A DNA stretch of 64,000 bases. Origin: Chloroflexota bacterium. GTDB lineage: Bacteria > Chloroflexota > Dehalococcoidia > Lucifugimonadales > JADFKI01. Location of the stretch: the NCBI GenBank assembly GCA_027623195.1, contig JAQBUT010000003.1, positions 1 to 64,000 of the forward strand, read 5' to 3'. Position numbers and translations under genes: made by a program. Below the pieces are notes generated by a model, which saw only the letters and a list, made by a program, of their open reading frames with translations, did no database searches and was not told the DNA's origin. Of the stretch, positions 58,444 to 64,000 are shown in pieces. Each line of letters opens with the position of its first letter. Positions within the stretch are counted from its first letter, which is position 1.

Positions 58444-59415
58444 ATGCGTATTCTCTTAGCGATAGCTGGTGTCCTTGTCCTTACCACCGCGGCCTGCGGC
58501 CCTCCGACGCCGTCCATCTTCTTCGCGTCAGACAGGGACGGCAACATGGAAATCTACTCCATAAACGCCAGTTCTGGTGAGGCTGTGAACCTCACAAACT
58601 CCACTGTGAACGAGTCTAACCCTGTGGTTTCGCCAGATGGGTCGCTTGTGGCGTTCCAAGCCGGGACCGATGTGAACAATGCCATTGAAGTGATAACTAT
58701 GGATGGCAAGACTCGCACGCGGATGACCCAAAGCGGCGGCGGTCATAAGGACCATCGTTGGTCACCCAGCAGCAGCAGGCTGGCATACGTGCTCCAAAAC
58801 GGGCAGGAACCTACCATTTACGTCGCGAACACCGACGGTTCCAATCCTGTGAAGCTTACCTCTGTTCCTGGCGACGACGTGGGCGGCTGGTCCGGCGACG
58901 GCAACTCGGTGGTGTTCGTAGTGCGCGATGTCGAAGGGCAGGGGTTATACCTTCGTAACCCTGACGGCGTGAACGAACGTCGCCTCACCGACACGCCCGA
59001 CTACGGACCTGTCTGGTCACCCAATTCGCGAAAGCTGGCATTCCTGTCGACGCGAGATGGCAATCCCGAGATATACGTCATGAATGCCGACGGTTCCGGA
59101 CAGGTACGCATTACCGAGACCGATGAGGCCGAGTTCAGCCCGACCTGGTCTCCCGATGGCAGGAAACTGCTGTTCGTGTCTGAACGCGATGGCAACGCCG
59201 AGATCTACGTCAGCGATGCCAGGGGTACCGACGTTCAGAGGCTTACCCAGAACGGCGCAAAGGACGTTCAGCCTGTCTGGTCTCCCGATGGCAACCAAAT
59301 TGCTTTCGTCTCCTACCTGGATGGCGATGCAGACATAGTCGTCATGAACACCGACGGCTCCAACCAGTCTCGCCTGACCAACAACAGCGACCAGGACATC
59401 CAGCCCTCCTGGTAG
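58444..59415 (+). CDS. TolB-like PD40 beta-propeller lipoprotein
   Basis: Lipobox TAAC; repeated P.WSPDG..IAF.S.RDGN.EIY. Confidence 0.9.
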   Translation: MRILLAIAGVLVLTTAACGPPTPSIFFASDRDGNMEIYSINASSGEAVNLTNSTVNESNPVVSPDGSLVAFQAGTDVNNAIEVITMDGKTRTRMTQSGGGHKDHRWSPSSSRLAYVLQNGQEPTIYVANTDGSNPVKLTSVPGDDVGGWSGDGNSVVFVVRDVEGQGLYLRNPDGVNERRLTDTPDYGPVWSPNSRKLAFLSTRDGNPEIYVMNADGSGQVRITETDEAEFSPTWSPDGRKLLFVSERDGNAEIYVSDARGTDVQRLTQNGAKDVQPVWSPDGNQIAFVSYLDGDADIVVMNTDGSNQSRLTNNSDQDIQPSW

Positions 59416-59576
59416 ACTCTGGTAGGCTCTGGCAGGCCTGCCCGGCAGGTCCCGATTACAGCCACGGCCCATTTTCTCATCCAGCCACTCTTATCGTCGC
59501 TTGTTGGCATCTGCGCACCACTGATATAATGAGTTTCTGTAAAACGTCGTGCACCCCTTGATATTGAGGCCCGTAA

Positions 59577-60752
59577 GTGTCGGCACAGCGCCAAACAGCT
59601 TCAACAGATGACCCTGGTTCCCACCGGCGGAGCCATACGTCCTATCAGCGCATCGTAGTCAAAGTGGGTACCAGCCTGCTGACCGGCGGCACTGGGCGCT
59701 TGGATCCGGCGATAATGGCTGGCCTTGTGGGGCAGATAGCCGCGCTTCATTCCCAGGGTAAGCAGATGCTGCTAGTGTCGTCCGGAGCCGTTGCGGCTGG
59801 TCGCCACGCCTTGGGCATAACGCAGGAGGACAAGGACCTACCTCTGCGACAGGTGTTGGCGGCCGTTGGTCAAAGCCACCTGATGCACGCCTACGAAGAG
59901 CTATTCGCCGCCCACGACATCTCCGTGGCCCAGGCCCTGCTCTCCCGTCGTGATTTGACTGACCGTCTTGGTTACTTGAACATCCGCAATACCCTGGAAG
60001 GCCTCTTGGAGCGCAAGGTGGTGCCTATCATCAACGAAAACGATGTGGTGGCGGTGGAGGAGTTAGCGGGCGAGGCGTTCGGCGATAATGATACGCTGTC
60101 CGCCCTGGTGGCTAACCTGGTGGATTCGGACATGCTGGTGATGCTGGGCGAGGTGGAAGGCCTCTATACGGCGGACCCATTTATGGACTCATCGGCCTGC
60201 CACATCCCTGTCGTGGAGCAGCTGACAGAGGAAGATGTAGAGCGGCTAGGCGGCCCTTCATGGGGGTCTCGTGGCCGTGGAGGCATGAAGACCAAGTTGG
60301 GGGCGGCGCGTTTGGCCACGGCCTCTGGCGTCGATGTGGTTATCGCGGGCGGCCGCATCCCAGGTGTCATTGAAGGTCTGGCCGCTGGGAAAAGCGCGGG
60401 GACGTACTTCCCTACATCAACAACCAAGCTGGAGAGCCGCAAACGCTGGATGCTGAGCGGCGTTTCCACTCGCGGGGAGATAGTTGTCGACTCAGGAGCC
60501 GTACGCGCACTTCGCATTAACAATCGCAGCCTGCTTCCTGCCGGTGTAACCAGCGTTAAGGGAACTTTCGAACGCGGAGACATCGTGTCCATACTCGACA
60601 GCGACGGCTCTCAAATGGCCTGTGGCATAAGCAATTATGGGTCTGATGACCTCTCCGCAATAAAGGGCGAGCACTCCCATAGAATATCCGAGATACTGGG
60701 GCACCACTACGGTGATGATGTGGTTCACCGGGACAACATGGTCATCGTGTAG
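59577..60752 (+). CDS. proB: Glutamate 5-kinase
   Basis: IVVKVGT, VSSGAVAAG, AAVGQ, INEND, FGDNDTLSA, GGMKTK, PUA domain. Confidence 0.96.
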   Translation: MSAQRQTASTDDPGSHRRSHTSYQRIVVKVGTSLLTGGTGRLDPAIMAGLVGQIAALHSQGKQMLLVSSGAVAAGRHALGITQEDKDLPLRQVLAAVGQSHLMHAYEELFAAHDISVAQALLSRRDLTDRLGYLNIRNTLEGLLERKVVPIINENDVVAVEELAGEAFGDNDTLSALVANLVDSDMLVMLGEVEGLYTADPFMDSSACHIPVVEQLTEEDVERLGGPSWGSRGRGGMKTKLGAARLATASGVDVVIAGGRIPGVIEGLAAGKSAGTYFPTSTTKLESRKRWMLSGVSTRGEIVVDSGAVRALRINNRSLLPAGVTSVKGTFERGDIVSILDSDGSQMACGISNYGSDDLSAIKGEHSHRISEILGHHYGDDVVHRDNMVIV

Positions 60753-60753
60753 T

Positions 60754-60815
60754 TAGTTGCTAGTGCTTAGTATTTAGCGCTAATAACCAAACACCAATAA
60801 CTCATAACTGGTAAC
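60754..60815. repeat. Degenerate 7-bp tandem repeats in inverted arrangement (STRR-like)
   Basis: TAGTTGC TAGTGCT TAGTATT, then TAATAAC CAAACAC CAATAAC TCATAAC TGGTAAC. Confidence 0.5.
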
Positions 60816-60832
60816 GGTCCGAAGGACTATAC

Positions 60833-62107
60833 ATGCAATCTGTTGCAGACGAGCTTGAATTAAAGGCCGGCGCCGCGCGTAAGGCATATCGCGTACTGGC
60901 TAACCTGACCAGTGATGTAAAGAACCGCGCCCTATTAAAGATAGCTGACGGTCTTTTGGCTAATCAGGCCGAGATTTTGGACGCCAATGCCAGGGACATC
61001 GCGGCGGGCCGGGATAACGGCCTGGCGGAGCACTTCCTGGATAGACTTTTGCTGAATCCAGAGAGGTTGGAGGCCATTGCCGCAGACGTTCGCAGTGTGG
61101 CCGCCTTGCCTGACCCCGTGGGCGAGGTCCTGGAGATGCGAACCATGCCTAACGGCCTCAAGATCGGCAAAAGGCGGGTTCCGCTGGGCGTCATAGGAGT
61201 TATCTACGAAAGCCGACCCAACGTTACCATCGATATATCGGTGCTGTGCCTGAAGTCTGGCAACGCGGTCGTTCTTCGTGGCGGCAGCGACGCCATCAAC
61301 TCCAACACCGCCCTTGCAGCCTTGGTGAAGCGTTCCATTGCCGATGCTGGGGTGCCAGCGGATGCGGTGCAGGTTATGGAGTCCACCGACAGGGACCTGG
61401 TGGGGCGCATGCTGAAGGCCCGGGGCATGATCGATCTGCTCATTCCCAGGGGAGGGAAGGACCTAATCGATCGTGTGGCCCAAGAAGCCACTATGCCATC
61501 CATTACCGGCGGCGTGGGCGTGTGCCACACTTACGTCGATAAGGCGGCGGACCCGAAGATGGCTGTGGATATTGTGGACAACGCCAAGGTCTCTCGTCCC
61601 TCAGTTTGCAACTCGCTGGACACCGTTATCGTTCACTCGGCCGTGGCTCCCGCGTTCCTGCCGGAGTTGGCCCGTAGGTGGGTCAAAGCAGGCGTGCAGA
61701 TGCGCTGCGACTCCAGGGCTTTAAGCATGGTCGGAGCAATCAAGGGCATTTCCGCTATAGCAGCGGTAGCCGAGGACTGGGATACTGAACATCTGTCTCT
61801 CAGGGCAGGCGTCAAGATAGTGGACTCGCTGGACGAGGCCATGGAGCACATACAGGAACACGGTTCCGGCCATTCCGAGGCCATAGTTTCCGAGGATTAC
61901 ACCGCTGCCATGCGTTTCATGGACGAGGTGGACGCGGCAGCAGTATTCATTAACGCCTCCACGCGCTTCAACGACGGAGGCCAGTTCGGCCTGGGCGCAG
62001 AAGTGGCAATAAGCACCAACAAAATGCACGCCAGGGGTCCTATGGGCCTTAAAGAGCTTACGTCCTATAAGTGGACCGTTATGGGCAATGGCCAAGTGCG
62101 TTCTTGA
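60833..62107 (+). CDS. proA: Gamma-glutamyl phosphate reductase
   Basis: VPLGVIGVIYESRPNVT, LRGGS, PRGG, SVCNS, HSEAI, NASTRF, KMHARGPMG. Confidence 0.97.
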   Translation: MQSVADELELKAGAARKAYRVLANLTSDVKNRALLKIADGLLANQAEILDANARDIAAGRDNGLAEHFLDRLLLNPERLEAIAADVRSVAALPDPVGEVLEMRTMPNGLKIGKRRVPLGVIGVIYESRPNVTIDISVLCLKSGNAVVLRGGSDAINSNTALAALVKRSIADAGVPADAVQVMESTDRDLVGRMLKARGMIDLLIPRGGKDLIDRVAQEATMPSITGGVGVCHTYVDKAADPKMAVDIVDNAKVSRPSVCNSLDTVIVHSAVAPAFLPELARRWVKAGVQMRCDSRALSMVGAIKGISAIAAVAEDWDTEHLSLRAGVKIVDSLDEAMEHIQEHGSGHSEAIVSEDYTAAMRFMDEVDAAAVFINASTRFNDGGQFGLGAEVAISTNKMHARGPMGLKELTSYKWTVMGNGQVRS

Positions 62108-62142
62108 TTATCAACAACAGTCAGATTGGCAGGTGGTAGCGT

Positions 62143-62463
62143 ATGGCTGAGTTCGACTTTGAGCGAGAGTGTCGGACTCCAAACTCCGAGTGCTACACCG
62201 TACTGGACAGCGAAGAACGTAATATTGGCAGAATAGATATCCACTTCGCCGACGCCGTCATACACGCCACGCTCAGTGTGGACGAGAGCCTTACCACGGA
62301 CGAGATTCAGGAGATGATCGAAGTCATAGACGAGGAGCTTCTGGATTCCGTTGGCATTGTCCGGCAAGAGGTAATCATTCACGTGCACCAGGGCCGCGAC
62401 CTAGGCGTCTACAGCACCAGGGACTTCGAGGGCAACGGCAGCGGCTACCAGTTCATGAGCTAG
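62143..62463 (+). CDS. Small acidic hypothetical protein
   Basis: GGTGG SD-like motif; compact ORF FERECRTPNSE..GRIDIHF. Confidence 0.7.
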   Translation: MAEFDFERECRTPNSECYTVLDSEERNIGRIDIHFADAVIHATLSVDESLTTDEIQEMIEVIDEELLDSVGIVRQEVIIHVHQGRDLGVYSTRDFEGNGSGYQFMS

Positions 62464-62662
62464 GCTGCATCTCTCGGATATAGGTCACTTCCGAGCCCGA
62501 ATTGTCCGGCGTACCTCCCCACAAATTATCTGATCACTACGCTCCGCGATACTATTCGTTCCATGAACCCTCCTTGCTCCTGCATCTGCGCTTGTTAGGA
62601 AACCCTTGTTCCTGTAGCATGTTGCCGACAATTAGGCCAAGAGACATGCTAGGGAGAGAACA

Positions 62663-63844
62663 ATGGTATCTGCAGACTGGGGCTCGATCTACAAGGAGCT
62701 TGGGGCGAAGCCCATAATCAACGCCACGGGCAGCGTGACCTTGCTGGGAGGCTCTACGCCTGTCCCGGAGGTCCGGGAGGCCATGGAAAGGGCTTCGGAG
62801 GCCTACATACCCCTCATGGAGCTTGAGGAGAGGGCCGGTAAGTACATTGCCGACCTGACCAACGTTCCTGCTGCGTACATCACCTCTGGCGCCGGCTCAG
62901 CGCTTACGCTGGCTACCGCCGCCATCATGGCCGGTGACGACGATGACAAGATTCAGCAGTTGCCGGACACCACCGGGATGAAGAACGAGATACTCATCCA
63001 AAACCGGCAACGATACATGCAGCACTACTGGTACGACCGATGCTTGGAGCTTGCTGGGGCCAGGTTGGTTGACTTCGGCAGCGAGGAGCGCACAACACCA
63101 CAGGACCTGGAAGATGCCATCGGGCCTAACACTGCTGCGGTGCACTACTACGCGGTGGAGCAGAGCCTCGACCCGCTAGCATTATCTCTTGAGGAGACCA
63201 TCGAGATTGCCCACGGCAAGGGCCTGCCTGTTACGGTGGATGCGGCAGGGCAGATATACCCTCTGGAGAACTTCGGCAAGTACGTGCGCATGGGGGCCGA
63301 CTTCCAGTGCATAGCTGCCAAATACCTGGGCGCATCCCAGTCGGTTGGCCTGGCTTTGGGTACCGAGGAGATGATATACAAGCTTGGCTTGCAGGCCTTT
63401 GCCTCTTACGAGGGCAGGCGTGTGCGTGGCGTGGGCAGGCCCCACAAGGTGGACCGGCAGGAGATGATTGGCTGCGTCGCGGCCGTAAAGCGCTGGATGA
63501 CCATGAACCATGAGGAACGCCTGGCCGTCGCAGAGACTCGCTCACAGACCATTGTTTCTCGCCTGAACAGTGTTCCCGGCTTGCGGGCTGAAATGCTTGA
63601 AAACATCATTGGCCACCAGCCCTTTGGCCTGAACCTCTGGGTAGACGAAGGCGTAACGGGCATGACAGCATTGCAAGTAGTGGACAGGCTAAAGGCTGGC
63701 GATCCGCCTATCTGGACGCGGGTCCGCGACTGGGAGGACTTCATCACCATTCACATGTTCGGCCTGAATGAGGGCGAAGAGCATATCGTCGGTGATAGGA
63801 TTGCCGCGCTGTTCGAATATCCTGAGTTCTCGAACAATAGTTAA
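62663..63844 (+). CDS. SelA-related PLP-dependent enzyme (DgaE-like)
   Basis: INATGSVTLLGGS, ITSGAG, VDAAGQ, AAKYLG, GVGRPHKV. Confidence 0.85.
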   Translation: MVSADWGSIYKELGAKPIINATGSVTLLGGSTPVPEVREAMERASEAYIPLMELEERAGKYIADLTNVPAAYITSGAGSALTLATAAIMAGDDDDKIQQLPDTTGMKNEILIQNRQRYMQHYWYDRCLELAGARLVDFGSEERTTPQDLEDAIGPNTAAVHYYAVEQSLDPLALSLEETIEIAHGKGLPVTVDAAGQIYPLENFGKYVRMGADFQCIAAKYLGASQSVGLALGTEEMIYKLGLQAFASYEGRRVRGVGRPHKVDRQEMIGCVAAVKRWMTMNHEERLAVAETRSQTIVSRLNSVPGLRAEMLENIIGHQPFGLNLWVDEGVTGMTALQVVDRLKAGDPPIWTRVRDWEDFITIHMFGLNEGEEHIVGDRIAALFEYPEFSNNS

Positions 63845-63847
63845 ATG

Positions 63848-63880
63848 AAAAAGGGTCCGTCTTGGCGGACCCTTTGGTTT
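63848..63880. terminator. Probable bidirectional rho-independent terminator
   Basis: AAAAAGGGTCCGT-CTTG-GCGGACCCTTT. Confidence 0.75.
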
Positions 63881-63966
63881 AGCCGGTTCATACGCGCCAC
63901 CAGATATATTCGGAGGTCTGCCAGAGCACTCGTCTGGTTTCGGTTTAGGCCGGTGCCTGGCTAGGC

Positions 63967-64000
63967 CTAGTAGCTCTGGAAGAGCTGGCCCCAGTCAGTT
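63967..64000 (-). CDS. Possible 3' end of a gene entering from the right edge (..TDWGQLFQSY*)
   Basis: Short open frame converging on the terminator; too short to identify. Confidence 0.3.
   Translation of the reverse strand, partial: TDWGQLFQSY

Noticed and set aside
58444..59415. tolB of a Tol-Pal system
   Set aside because: No TolB N-terminal domain and no tolQRA/pal; it is a lipoprotein PD40 propeller
62663..63844. True selenocysteine synthase SelA serving the Sec-DsbA gene
   Set aside because: At 393 aa it lacks the N-terminal tRNA-binding extension and the HTNLGRA motif, so it fits the SelA-related DgaE-like family; no selB/C/D nearby
1..64000. Numerous antisense or overlapping ORFs in the track (e.g. 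5260-6045, 29559-30251, 42881-43588, 48769-49452)
   Set aside because: Shadow ORFs of well-supported genes in GC-rich DNA, with no recognisable motifs

Overview
GC-rich bacterial chromosomal segment. The gene content suggests Chloroflexota/Dehalococcoidia, probably SAR202 (inference): three luciferase-like monooxygenases, three D-2-hydroxyacid dehydrogenases, a mandelate-racemase-family enzyme, an SDR, a Gfo/Idh/MocA oxidoreductase and several Pro/Thr-stalk lipoproteins. Housekeeping blocks are rph, comEC, purF-purN-purM-purH, pncA/pncB-like, tilS, recX-recA, proB-proA and a complete MoxR-DUF58-BatA-E operon. I saw no rRNA, tRNA, CRISPR array or transposase. Main observations: (1) an orphan predicted lipoprotein fusing two phage/eCIS tail-tube-like domains to a stalk, an Ig-like domain and a C-terminal helix resembling type III secretion needle/tip proteins, split by a one-base frameshift (6274-8561); (2) an unannotated selenoprotein, DsbA/FrnE with a U-P-W-C site and a bacterial SECIS-like hairpin (29622-30278); (3) a near-leaderless His-rich leader ORF with a Pro-rich tail, plus alternative RNA hairpins, ahead of a metal-handling operon (38353-41754); (4) purF has no canonical start codon upstream of its catalytic Cys; (5) an AT-rich Schlafen/AlbA_2 gene, a degenerate GIY-YIG protein, a rod-like intergenic RNA structure, tandem cheX genes and two REP-like repeat families. 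Family assignments come from motif recognition by eye, not database searches.
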